Shown: positions 49,864 to 62,308 of the stretch, in pieces | Numbering within the stretch: the stretch's first letter is position 1 | Layout of the letters: each line of letters starts with the position of its first letter | Source: Xylographa opegraphella | Taxonomy: Eukaryota | Length of the DNA: 64,000 nt | Direction: 5' to 3' | NCBI GenBank assembly: GCA_022813865.1 | Contig: JALDZX010000007.1 | Coordinates: 124,001-188,000, forward strand | Program-made: the position numbers and the translations under genes | The notes under the pieces: model-generated | Databases searched by the model: none | Told to the model about the DNA's origin: nothing | What the model saw: only the letters and a program-made list of their open reading frames with translations

Positions 49864-50681
49864 CGCCAACCCATAGTCGTGGCTGGTGCAGTGTCACAGA
49901 AGACGCGACTTATCTCATAACAAGACGGGAGGTTATGCATGAGCCAGTCGTTTGAACGCCTATCTAATAAGCGGTAGATTGTGGGAGATCTTCGCGCACA
50001 CCGTTGCTACAGGGTCATTGGCTCCTAGGGGCCGTGAGCCTGTACAGATCCTTGGCATGGACGCAAAAGGCTTTCAAAGGCCGTTCTTACTTGCGCCTAC
50101 AGCCAGTTATCTTCACAGGAATACTGTGAGACATGGGAGATTTATGCATAAAAGAGATTGCGATCAACCCATGGACGCGAATTGAGATGTGGCTGAGGAT
50201 AAAATTAGGTGCAACAGATCCATCCCTACGCGGAGATGAAGGATACGCCGCAACCCCTTAAGTCCTGCTTATCGATGGCCCAATAGTGCATCTGAGCTTT
50301 CGTTTCTTGTCCTTTTGATATACAAGCTGCTTCATACTAATAGCGTACCTTTTTGTAATAATTGATAATAGTCGTTCGTTACACTTGCCCTGTCTATTTG
50401 CTCGACACAACTTCGAAAAGGAAAAATAAAAACAACTGCTCGTCGACGCGTTGTCAACAGCCGTTGCTTCATCAGCTTACACGAGCTCCTACCTATAGAA
50501 ACAACTCAGACCGTGTGTTTCGGTGCCATTCACTTTCTTCACGCTCGTAGCAGCAATTGGATAACCCGCAACCGCAACGACGGCTTTGATACTCCCACCT
50601 ATCATCCACGGGTCTATCCCCGTTGATCCAACACTACGACTGCCCTCTCCACAGCCGACACACAATTTACCATCCTTCTCC

Positions 50682-52150
50682 ATGACCACTATCTCGCATG
50701 ATAGAGCGCCTTCACCTTTACCCCCCCTTGGACACGATATTTCACGGCCATCGTCGACCTCGACACAATCTTCGAGTGCCTTGCGACAAACACAGCATCA
50801 CCAAACACCCAGCAGTTTGAACGTCTCACTTCCGGCCTTGTCTACCCTTGCCTCTGTCGCATCGGCTCCATCGAGCCAACCAAGGTGAGTTGCTAGACTA
50901 GATTGCTATCAGACCACCGTCGCTGCTCAAAACAACGTGGCCAGCGCAGCGCTACATGGGAATTTTCAGCGAGTCACTGGAAGAGCCCTTCCCTAGATGA
51001 ACATGAACTGATCAGATTTCACGATAACAATAGGTATAATGGCCTGAGTCAAGGCGTGAACTACGCGACAGCATCGCCGACACCGACTTCAGTCAGTGGG
51101 CAGGGAAACACTCCTGTGAGTTGCACTAAATCCGCTCGCGTCGCATTTTCCTCGCGAAATTCTCTGCCACCTTCACATCCTTATCTTATCGCCAAACCTC
51201 TATCCACGATAAACATACTGTGAGACAAGTGATGGCAACACTTACTGATAGTGATCATGGGAATTTACAGCCTGTATGTCAAAACTGCTCAACATCAACC
51301 ACGCCGCTATGGCGGAGAGATGAAATCGGATCGGTTCTTTGCAATGCTTGCGGCCTGTTTCTCAAGTTGCACGGCAGAAACAGGCCTCTTGCCCTGAAGA
51401 CGGACGTGATCAAGAGTCGCAATCGCGTCAAAAGTGCTGGGCAAAGTCAGAAGAAGAAGGTGAGCGCATTACGGACAGCTCTGATCAGCACGAACTGACA
51501 TATGCGTATAGCCACTCTTCGATGGAAATGGGCGCCCCGCATCGCGGTCAGAAGCTGGCTCCCCACCACCACATCATCAAAGTCATCGACGGGTCTCACA
51601 GAAAAGCGCCTCTGGTGATTCCGATCGCTCAAACTCTCCTATATCGCGTACCGCTACTCCGGCATTGCAACATCCACCCAATATAGCCCCACAGCATATG
51701 TTCGACCATGCTTCTCTGACGGATCAGGCTTTCGTTCATTCGCCGACTTTGCCGGCCTTACATCTTAGGCATCCTTCCCCCGGCTCCATCACCTCCCTCA
51801 ATGACCGTCACCTCGAACCTCCACCAACTTACGAGGTCCTCCAGCAACAAAATACTACACTCAAAACACGCGTCAGCGAGCTCGAAGTAATAAACAATCT
51901 CTTTCGAGATAGAGTCCATGAGCTTGAGCAAAACGACCGTCGCGCACAAATGATGCAGGATCAGCTGCGGCAAGCACTCGGCCATTCCAAACAGCAAGAA
52001 AATGAGCTCAAACGGCGTATTGATGATCTGGAACGCGACTACGCCGATTTAAGAGACATGGATTCTCCACCACACACGAAAAGACCTCGGCTTTCTGACG
52101 TCTCGGAATATCCAGATCCACCACAACCGTTGACGGCCGCGATTCGATAA
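50682..52150 (+). CDS. areB: GATA zinc-finger/leucine-zipper factor AreB/ASD4; introns 50885-51033, 51116-51270, 51460-51511
   Basis: [50 protein letters not shown] plus zipper [23 protein letters not shown]. Confidence 0.93.
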
Positions 52151-54215
52151 ATCACTATCCGTTCTCAGGCTCTGCTCCCATTCATGGCGTTGGACGATAC
52201 CACTTCTGATGAATTTTTTATCTCTGTGCTTTGCGGTCTTTCGATCGCCTATAACCTAATACTCCAGGGGAGAAGCGGCTTGGATTCTGGATTCGTTTGA
52301 CTTGCTAGAAATGCTGGCATATTGTACTATCATTACGATTCGTGTTCATCTAAATGTTTCATGGCGTTCAGCGCAAAAGTCCACCTTATCAGGTCCTCCT
52401 AATACACTCCTTTAGCGATGCATGTACTCTAGTTTGATGTTGGGACGGTAGTATGGTTTATGGATGGAATCTATGCTAGTAGATGGAGAGCATATGCAAG
52501 AGGAATCATTGAGGAAGCAAGAAGTTTTCTGTACTTCTTCAAAATCATTGGAATCCTCGTATACTTTTGAGCTAATGGTAATCGTGACCCTTGTCTCTCG
52601 CTCACCTCGGCTTTTATGCCAATACCTTCCGCTCCTTGACTGACCATCCAGCCTTCAAAACAAATTTTATCGTTAACAACCAACAATGTAGGGTACGAAG
52701 ATGTAGTTTTTGTAATGTGAGATGTGCGCTACTTCATACAAGCTATCCTTTCCCCCAACAGCCCCCCGCTATTGGGCAATGCTGCTGACCAGAAATTGGA
52801 GAGGCTCATAAGTATAGGACTTTGATTCTAAAGATTCAACTTTGACCATTAAATATCACCGCCGTATCGCAGTCGTGAATCAAACCACCATTTCCTCCAC
52901 CATCCTACCTCTCTGGCTCATCCGCTCCATATCGTATCTCTAGTAAGCGAGAGCAGTTTCCATCCACATAAATCTCCTCGAGCCGTCGAGGCGTCACGGG
53001 CCACGCCAGGATAGGCACATCCTGTTGCCAGCGCTCACCCAACCACGGCTTGATAACGGCGTAGATGGCGTTGACGGCGTAGATAGCGTTGGCGGCCCAC
53101 ACGAACACTCAAGGGTGTCAGATTCCCGGCTGGATTGTCGCAGCTTCGACGGCGTCGCATCATCTGCAGGATCGGCTCTCGATATTAGTTACGGGATCTG
53201 AACCCTTTTCCCGAGAGTACGGAACCTATTGGTCAGCAGGGCCAGCCTTGCAACGGATATCGTCCATCCGTGCCCATGCGAGTGGAGCAGCTGGTACTGT
53301 ACCGAGCAATCGGTTGTAGAATTCGTCCGCCACGTAAAGTAGTTGAGGGGTCATGGAGGATATGGACGAGTTTGAGGTTTATAAAGCTATTGATAGGACC
53401 TGTCCTAGGATAATCGGTTTTACCGATGTCCGAGCTTTTTCAGGAGACGAGGATCACCCTTGTCACAACCAAGTGCAATAGTAGATATTATTTCTGCTCC
53501 CCGTGCGTCAGAGATACTTCCTGGAGTTATGATGCCAGATCTACATACGGTATACTTGACCACACATGGAAGTGGGAGTCTCGGGAAAGAGTCACCCGCT
53601 TGACACCATGGTAATGTGCGCCTTGATGCAGCTAGCGCTCATGTGGTACAAGTGGGATTCTGATACACCTGCTGTATGAAGGGGATGAACCCAGTCATCT
53701 GGGGCTCTTGATTAATAGATACCGTTTTTCCGATCTCTAGCATTTCATTCCCATATTCTCAACATTTCCGACCGAAATATTGTCGGGCACGCTAAGTAAC
53801 ATCAGGCTTGTTTGGTAAGAGATGCCGATGCCTATAAACTACCAGATTTGACTGATAGAGCCAACAGCCGATATGAATCGCTCATGAGTTATGTGAAGGC
53901 ACGAAAGTATTTTCGATGGCCACCTTTATTCCCTCCAATGGGGCCTTCCAGTATCCCCCCAATGGAAGCAGTTTAGTATTCAACTTTCTCGACACTGTCA
54001 ATGTCACGTGGGAATTAGGACAGGACAAGTCAATGGCTTGCATTCTGAGTCTATGGTATTGGCCACAGGTTGAGCCTTGGCGAAGAAGTGCGTAATAATG
54101 GATCGTCCATGCCAGCTGGACGAGTCTGACCCTTCATTATACGAGCATGGCCCAAAGTTGACTAACATCTGTTGGTGCAGGCTACAATGAAACCGTTTCA
54201 TGCAGCGGTTCTCAG

Positions 54216-54896
54216 ATGGTGGGATTAAATGTCGCGATGCAGACGTACCTAGGCCAGTTTAATCTGAATTATATATCCAGCGACAAGGGCAGCGGACGGA
54301 TTCTAAGCGAATTATTCAATGTCAACAATATTTCCTCAGCCAGGCCAGTGATATGGTCACTCCAGAGCCCAATAATAGCCTCATCTTCTTTTAATGACAC
54401 ACCTAGTACGAACACGACGGTAATGGTTCACACAATACCTACCTCTACGTCACCACCTTCACTCGATTCTTCTTCTCAATTGGTTCCATCTTCACCACTA
54501 TATTCAGTCCTTCCATCTTCACCTCCTATCTCTTTTCCATCGCAAACAACAGAAGAGCCCTCAAGTCTGGAGCCTGGGCAAATAGTAGGAATATCCATAG
54601 GAATCGTTCTTATTACCCTTCTAATATCGGCTGTGCTCTGGATACTGCTGTTCAAAAGAAAACGACAACGGGTGACAGCGAAGGTCCCAAACCACCTACG
54701 CTTTCCAGAAGTCGATACGCAACATAAGTATTTTATAAGTAATACGACAGATCACAAAGAAAACAAGTTATCAAAGCCACAATTGAGCGAGTTGGGCGGA
54801 AACGAGCATCAAGCACAGCTTCACGGGGATGGGGAGCGGTGGGAGCTCGATGGAGAGACCGCAAAAAGCATGCCGAACAACGACATGTTACCATGA
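54216..54896 (+). CDS. Single-pass membrane protein with Ser/Pro/Thr stalk (5' part missing or degraded)
   Basis: S/P/T-rich stretch, TM GQIVGISIGIVLITLLISAVLWILLF, KRKRQR stop-transfer, ELxG tail motifs; no signal peptide found. Confidence 0.55.
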   Translation: MVGLNVAMQTYLGQFNLNYISSDKGSGRILSELFNVNNISSARPVIWSLQSPIIASSSFNDTPSTNTTVMVHTIPTSTSPPSLDSSSQLVPSSPLYSVLPSSPPISFPSQTTEEPSSLEPGQIVGISIGIVLITLLISAVLWILLFKRKRQRVTAKVPNHLRFPEVDTQHKYFISNTTDHKENKLSKPQLSELGGNEHQAQLHGDGERWELDGETAKSMPNNDMLP

Positions 54897-57701
54897 GGCT
54901 TCCTTCTCTGCTGCTGAGCCTTCGACCGTGTTATATAACCGCTACCCACTTTCTTGGCACCATTTCAAAAGATAGGAATCTGGAAACTTATTGACTTATC
55001 GGATTGTCACGCTGCTAACGGCATTATATGGTCCCATTTGCCCCCTGCGCCGTATGTTCTGGCCGAATAATAGAGATGCTATCTTAGTCTAGGAAGTACA
55101 CGTCTAAAAAATCCCTGCTTCGTTTGTTGGGGGGGTATTAGGCAGTAGCTCACGTTCACGGTATTTCATCGCGAAGGGATGAGATCGCCCCGAGTTGCGA
55201 CACGGTCTCTCGTGTTGCACGAGTATCGAGCGGGGCTCACGTGAAGCTCGATTGGGGTCGACGTCGGCACAGATTTGTGTCCTTCACAGAAGTCACTGTC
55301 TAAGGCTAGCTTGCCAGCATCGATAGGATCGATCAAGTGGAAAGTTAGGGACTCATGTCAGGCTGGTACCTGCTGGACCTTTACGGTCCGCTTCTTTGCT
55401 TTTCCTAGTCTGCTCCACTTGATCTCATGATATCCCACTGGAACGGTGCCGGGGATCTTCAGCTCAGAATGTGTACTGTCTATATGTCCTATGGGAGATC
55501 TAAGGAAAATAAGTAGCATGATCTGACATGGTCTACTCGTTCTGGATGGAGGAACTATTATGTCAACGTTTTCGGTTCTGTATGCACTCCCTACACCAAA
55601 GGTTTATAATTATAAAGTGAAAGAACCACCATGGCTTTCCGCATGTTCGTACCTGCAAATAACTATCTATTCCGCCTATGTTTTTCAGTTTCAAGTCACT
55701 ACGAGGGCTTGTGTGCCTTTCGGGACTCGGTTTAGATTTAGTGTAAAATACTCAGAAACATTGGTTCATGATACTCAAAAACATCGCTCATCCCAGCTTC
55801 TCGCCTTTCTCATGCCCGAAAGCTCCATTCTGCGTCCGCCGACTATAGACGGTCCATGTGATCAATACAGGAAGTGTTAGGGCGGTACTGAATACTACAT
55901 AGGTCCACTACAGACTGGAGACTATTGAACCGTCGGGCTGCGAGTTAAAGATACTGGTACTGTAGATTGTCTATGGAATACCAGCCAACGCGATCTGTAG
56001 TCTCTATGACGGTTCCGGAGAATATAGTAATGTGATTTACTGCTATAAGTGTCGCAGGAAAGAAAAACAAAGGCAGTACTGCAATGTCTTCATGATCTTG
56101 CTATCCTGATGTGCAGCCATTGCAGATTTCTTGGATTTCATTGGCTACGGATATATTGACTCGGTTGTCTCGCTGGGAAAGTTGACTGTAGAGCTGACGA
56201 TGATATCGGCCTGATGCCACACCCAACCGGCAGGCACACGCGTTACTGACAATGTTGATCTGAACTTGCACCCACACTTACAAACCATGAGCTTGGGATC
56301 GCGGGAACTGGCAGTCGTCTTGATGGAATCTTGTCTCTTGCAATAGGGCGACTCGATCCCGTTTAGGAAGCGATTTCGTTCCGATATTTTCTAGCGCAGC
56401 TAGGTACCCACCTACTTCACTCAGAGGTCCTTATCGCTTTCTTGTCTTCCCTAACACTTCTCGACTCACATTTTGGAGAAAGCTTCCATCGTCCCATCTC
56501 ACGTCGTGCATCGAATGATCCACCTGGATTGACCAAGGGCAAGTACCATAACATCGACAAGCCTTCCAACAAGAGTAAGTAACCAGACTTCAAGCCGAGG
56601 AAACTCCACGGCCATTGTTGTTGAAAGAAACCAGGCTGTTTCGACTAGGAGCGGTGTAAAAGCGAAAAGAAGCGCTCGGCCGAGCGACAGGTGACTCGCG
56701 AGACGAAGAGTAAGTTCGGGGGAAAGATCAAGGAAAGCTGTGAGCTGGATTGAGAATCTTTAGAAGCAGAAAAAGAAATAGCGATAGGCAGGCCTGACCA
56801 GCTGACGCTGATGCTCTATTGCTGGCAGAGAAATGAAGGTTGTGATCTCCTGGGGTGAATTGACAATGCGTGGAAGCTGTGTGAATATGATGGATCGGTA
56901 TATTTGAACTATCTATCGGTCTAGGGAACCCGTTTAGAGACGAAAATTGCGCATCTAGAAATAAGATCGAAGTCAATTGATTGACTTCATTAACTTCCAT
57001 ACCCGGCATGACGACTATTGAACGAGGTATATGATAATGATATCATACCAATAAGCTCATGCGCAACGTATTGATATGTAGGGTGAAATTCAATTGCAAT
57101 TCAAAACATGAACGATCAATTGTGTATGGCTCTGTTCGAATGCCATAAGAAAATAGGGGCTGAGATGCCTTTCAGTTACACAATGAGAAGGAATCTGAAA
57201 AAGCAGACTCTTCAGTATTTGCACTATTTTTGGCTGAAGACTTCGCGTTAACACAGAAATTTCAGCTCACATCATAGATATGAGCAAGTAAAAACATGCA
57301 AAATGAGATGGAGTACACAAGCTATAGATTCGAAGACTTCCAGACATCACTGAAGCTGTCGCTTCCAGGCACTGTACGGCGGATACGCTATCCTGATACA
57401 ATACTCCAAGTATCAGAAGCTAGCCAGACGTATTACCTACGTATACTAGACCAAATCCATTGGAAGTAGTCCATTGCAGGTGTGCCTATAGCCAGCAACG
57501 GAGGCCTTGATAAGGAGGACTTGTGTTTGCAGCCTCTGCAAACACCAGCCCCTGCGAATTCTCTAGCGCGCCAATGATCTTCCCGAAAGCTTCCTCCTCG
57601 AAATCTTTGAAGCTCGACATCAATCCTCCACTCTACTGTAAATCATACACCTCATCCCGCGCTTCCACTATTCGACCAAGCAATACCCATACTCTTACAC
57701 C

Positions 57702-58960
57702 ATGCTTGCATCAAGACAGCTTTTCGGCGCCTGCCAACGGCGGGCTTTCTCCGCCTCCGTAAGAGATGTAAGTAGACAGCATAAATTGCCTCACTCGGCC
57801 AAAAGCTCCGCTCGAGCAGATTTGCTGATTGAATCATCATCAGGCATCCAAAGTGTGTGTCCTCGGTGCTGCAGGAGGCATTGGACAGCCATTGTCTCTT
57901 CTGATGAAGCTGAACCCCCGCGTCACCGAGCTCGCTCTCTACGACATCAAAGGAGGCCCAGGTCCGTTCGGCCATTACAGACCATTGACAATGTCTCGGC
58001 TGATATATGCTTAGGTGTTGCTGCGGATATAAGTCACATCAACACAAAGAGTAAGGTTACAGGCTACCAGCCCGGTGCTGCCGGCCTCAAAGAAGCACTC
58101 AGCAATGCCGAGATCGTCTTAATCCCAGCTGGCGTGCCCCGAAAGCCAGGCATGACTCGTGACGGTATGTGCTGTCTACGAATTCGCCTCATAACTCCTC
58201 CTGACTTAGCCTCGCTAGACCTCTTCAACACCAACGCCTCCATCGTCCGCGACCTCGCCAAAGCGGCTGCCGACTCCGCGCCCAACGCCAACATCCTTGT
58301 CATCTCCAACCCGGTTTGCCCATGCTCTTTCCTCGTATTGCTCCACAACCACTGACCCACATTCAGGTCAACTCAACCGTTCCCATCTGCGCCGAAGTCT
58401 TCAAGTCCAAAGGCGTCTACAACCCCAAGAAGCTCTTCGGTGTTACCACCCTCGACGTGGTGCGCGCGTCACGCTTCCTCGCCGAGATCAAGTCCACCGA
58501 CCCTGCCGACGAAGCCGTCACCGTCGTTGGTGGCCACTCGGGCGTCACCATCGTGCCGCTGCTCTCGCAGTCCAACCACCCGGACGTCTCGGGTAAGACT
58601 CTCGACGACTTCGTGCAGCGCGTCCAATTCGGCGGCGATGAGGTCGTCAAGGCCAAGGACGGCGCCGGGTCCGCGACGCTCTCGATGGCGATGGCGGGCG
58701 CGCGCTTCGCCGAGAGCTTGCTCAAGGCGGCGCAGGGCCAGAGCGGGGTCGTGGAACCGACGTTCGTCGACAGCCCGCTGTACAAGGACCAGGGCGTGGA
58801 CTTCTTCGCCAGCAAGGTCGAGCTCGGCCCCGAGGGCGTCAAGGAGATCCACTCGGTGGGCAAGGTCAACGAGTACGAGCAGAAGCTGCTGGATGCGTGC
58901 CTGGCCGACCTGAAGAAGAATATCGAGAAGGGGGTGGCGTTTGTGAAGGCGAATCCTTAG
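57702..58960 (+). CDS. MDH1: Mitochondrial NAD-malate dehydrogenase; introns 57768-57843, 57962-58014, 58165-58218, 58314-58366
   Basis: Presequence [65 protein letters not shown]. Confidence 0.97.
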
Positions 58961-59797
58961 AGAAGGGGGTGGGGGAAGGAAGGGAGGGAGGGAGGGAGGG
59001 AGGCCGTTGATAGTTTCGTAGCCGTTGGGATTAGTGGGTGATTGGAGAATACGGGATTGCTTCACTTCACTTCACTTCAACTTCGGTTCCTGGTGTCGTC
59101 GCCGTTGCTGCCTTTGCTTGCGATGTTGACTGATCATCATCATCATCATCAATCTCACAGTGTGGTCACCCACACCATCCCTCGGCATCCTGACCCTGAC
59201 CGCGCCGTCTTCTCCTCACCTGTTAGATTCCCATTCCGCAAGCCCTAGCAGCAGCGCTTCCTCCCCGTCCCAGCTCGATATCCCTCAACGGCCCTCTTGA
59301 CCAGCATGGTGGATGTGTCCCGCACGGTTGGGCTGGTACGTGGCTCTGGAGGTGTGGATGGCGGTGCGTGAGGAGGTAGAGAGGAGGGGAGGGAGGGAGA
59401 GTAGAGGAAGGGAAGGATGGGAAGGATGCAAAAGAGAAGAAAAGAGGAGAGAAGAGAAGAAAAAAAAGACAGAAAAGAGAAGAAAAGAAAAGGAAGGAGA
59501 GCGTGAAGGAAGCAAGAGGGCGGACCATCCTCGCGAAGAGAAAATATCCAGGGCCAGATGCTCCCGTGCTCCTGCCGGAGGCGGGCGGACGGGCGTATGT
59601 GGGTTGAGATTGAGTGTGTAGACTCGGTGTGTCGGGGCGGACGGGTCTGTGGATGGAGGTGGGCGTACCCGGTCGAAAGGGGATGGGGATATGCTCTCTT
59701 TTGGGAAGGGCGTTCATTGTATAGAGGAGGGGGTGCTGTTGGCGGACTGGAGTGGGGTGCGCGGTAGAAGGATGGGGACGTCCAGTAGAGGGTGTCT

Positions 59798-59939
59798 GGG
59801 GGTGGGAATGTTGCCGTCGAGGCAGATGCCCGGGAGAGAGTGGTCGACGGACGCTGGTTTAGTGGTAATGGTGGGGGTGGAAATGTTGCCGTCGAGGCAC
59901 ATGCCCAGGAGAGAGTGGTCGACGGACGCCGGTTAGTGG
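59798..59939 (+). repeat. Imperfect tandem duplication, period 75 bp, 2 copies
   Basis: gggggtgg(g/a)aatgttgccgtcgaggca(g/c)atgccc(g/a)ggagagagtggtcgacggacg at 59798 and 59873. Confidence 0.9.
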
Positions 59940-62242
59940 CAACGGTACAGTGGATGAGAATTGTAGAATGGAAAATAGCCGCTAGGTGAAGGGCCAGAGC
60001 TGTAGTAGGAATCGCTGACACGCTGATTGCTGTTATGGAACAAATTTGGAGCGTTGGTTGACATTAGGGTGTGGTTTTAGATTTGGAGAAGAACAAAAGG
60101 CCTGACTGCAAGTGTGCAGGGGGCGAAACCGTAAAACAAATCGGAGTCCGGATATGGTGTACCGATTGGCTGAAGTGCGCCAAGTTCTGGAGGTAGAGGT
60201 ACAGTCCATCAAGAGTTTTCATAATGCACAGAATCCGTTGGCAGGTAGAGTCCCGAAATCCTTTGGTTGGACGACAGATCATCTCGTTCTCAATGGACAG
60301 CGAGCTCCCAAGCTCAAGGACAAGCGACCACGATACAATCGTAGCTCGGATCCGGTCAAACGCTGGAATGGGTGGCCATCATCGCACGCCTCGAAGATGG
60401 CGTGCTGCATGAAACATAGGGTTGCCCCTTTCAGACTCGAGGCAATGGCAAGCAGTTCTGAGCGGGGGGAGCGAATACATGAATATCCCGTCTACGGACG
60501 GAAGAAGCATGAAAGGGGGTCTAATGGTCTGAGGCCATCCGACACAGGCGGAGGTCGCCAGAGCGAACTCCGTCCCGGACAGTCCTGCTGTCTACCCGCC
60601 ATCGTTTTCACCAATGCTCAGTGCGCGTGTAGCGACGTGAAACCGTGGACTCGACCGTCTTGGCACCGGTCTCGCAACCGCACAGTGCCGCTACTGCGAA
60701 GTGTGGGCCAGATTCTGCCGACGGCCACCGCTGATCGCATGTTGTGGACGGGAGAATAATGTCAAGAAGCGAAGGACGACAGCCGTCCGACTGCATGCTC
60801 GGCCTCGTCTCCGATAAGGTTCACGCGGAGTCTTTTCGATGCACGATGGCGACGCAGCTCCGGCAATCTCGAGGGCAGCTTCGCTCGCTCGCTGATGCAC
60901 TCGTCAGGAGGAGAGATGACGATTGGTGCCCATCAACGGCTTTCCTCATGGCGGCAGACGGAAGTTTGGGTTTGCTCTCGGACCATACCCGGGACGTAAG
61001 AGCCGGCCGGAACCTCCAACAAACGGCATGCTGGATTTGCCGTGAGTGCAAAGGCACGGGCGGGAAAGCGAAAGGATTTGTAAGGTATGGAGTAGTAGTG
61101 GAGTGCATGAAAGGCTCGATCATGCAGACTCCCGTCTGGTCTCCATTCCCCCTCTGTGAGGGCCGGTGACGAACGAAGGTCGACTTGACAAGAATGAGGT
61201 TGAAGTTGGAAGCCTCGAATGAGCTAGTACGCTTTGGGATGGGGGCCACCTTGCGAGCCCGCCAAATGGTTGGCATCCAGAAGCTTTCGCACGGAAAAAG
61301 CTTCGAACGGGAGGCACAGCTGAGATGCTGTGGCCGTTGCTCGAACGGGACACCCTCCAGCTCAAGGCTGACCGCGGCGATCCAATGGTTGCCAGACGCC
61401 GTCACCAATGCGGGTGGCGCGATGACTGCCTACCTATGAATAGCAGTCTAGCGCACCGTTGCAACCTTGCGCCGGCAGTCCGTCGACAACATCCCTCAGA
61501 TTCAATTTGGGGAACAAGGCGGGTGCATGTCCAGGTGGTAGCCAACACGCCCTCGCCCCCCGTTCACGTCGGCATCCTACCTTGGCCGGCTAATAGCTCC
61601 AATGGGGGGGGGGGGTAGAGGGACGCCAAACACGACTCCTATTTCGTTTCCACGTTGACGGAAGCTTTGTACGAGGTTGCAAAGTGGCGGAGTGCATGAG
61701 CTTGACGAGCGAAACGACGGGGCCTGTTTCACGGTCGAGTCGACTCCTGCAGCGGATGATTGCCAGGACCACGAGGGAACCTCAGCATTGCGCATTCCAT
61801 CCATCAGCCTTGAGGGCACGGTGACGCAGCAGCAACCGAATCTTCGCCTTCGAGTCGAACGCTCGATCACCACCCGTCCCGAGGTTCGATTGCGCTCTTG
61901 CCACCCATCATGCACCAACGAGGGCCGATCGTTGGACGCGGCAGGCAACGCAGGCCGGATACGTGTTCAGGGCAGGCTCGCGGTTCATGCGATGGATGGT
62001 GATATTCTTGACTCGAGCACGACGCAGTACCTTTACCGCAGTCACCCCTAGCAGGCGGCCTTGGCAGTTCAGGGTCTCGCCAAGCGTCCGGATGGCGGAA
62101 ACGAAGAGTGTTTCGCGGCAGTAGTCATGCGCCATTCTCCACGTCCCTCATAGGCGCGAAAGTGGAGGAAACACGATGGGGAGAGCTGGAAGAGGGAGAT
62201 GGGGGGGGGGTGGGTGTTGGGGTAGGGAAAGGGGCCTGGAGT

Positions 62243-62308
62243 GGTGCTGGTGCTGGTGCTGATGCTGGTGCTGAGACTGAGACTGATACTGATACTGATA
62301 CTGATACT
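62243..62308 (+). repeat. Compound hexamer microsatellite (GGTGCT/GATGCT/GAGACT/GATACT)n
   Basis: Read directly. Confidence 0.85.

Noticed and set aside
54900..57600. Possible transposon relic in the gene-poor region
   Set aside because: No transposase/RT motifs, terminal repeats or clear RIP-like AT enrichment visible.
59798..59939. CRISPR-like or mobile-element repeat
   Set aside because: Only two adjacent copies, no spacers, no terminal repeats or transposase; eukaryotic context.
59245..60021. 258-aa minus-strand ORF
   Set aside because: Made of low-complexity tracts and the 75-bp duplication; no domain or codon signal.
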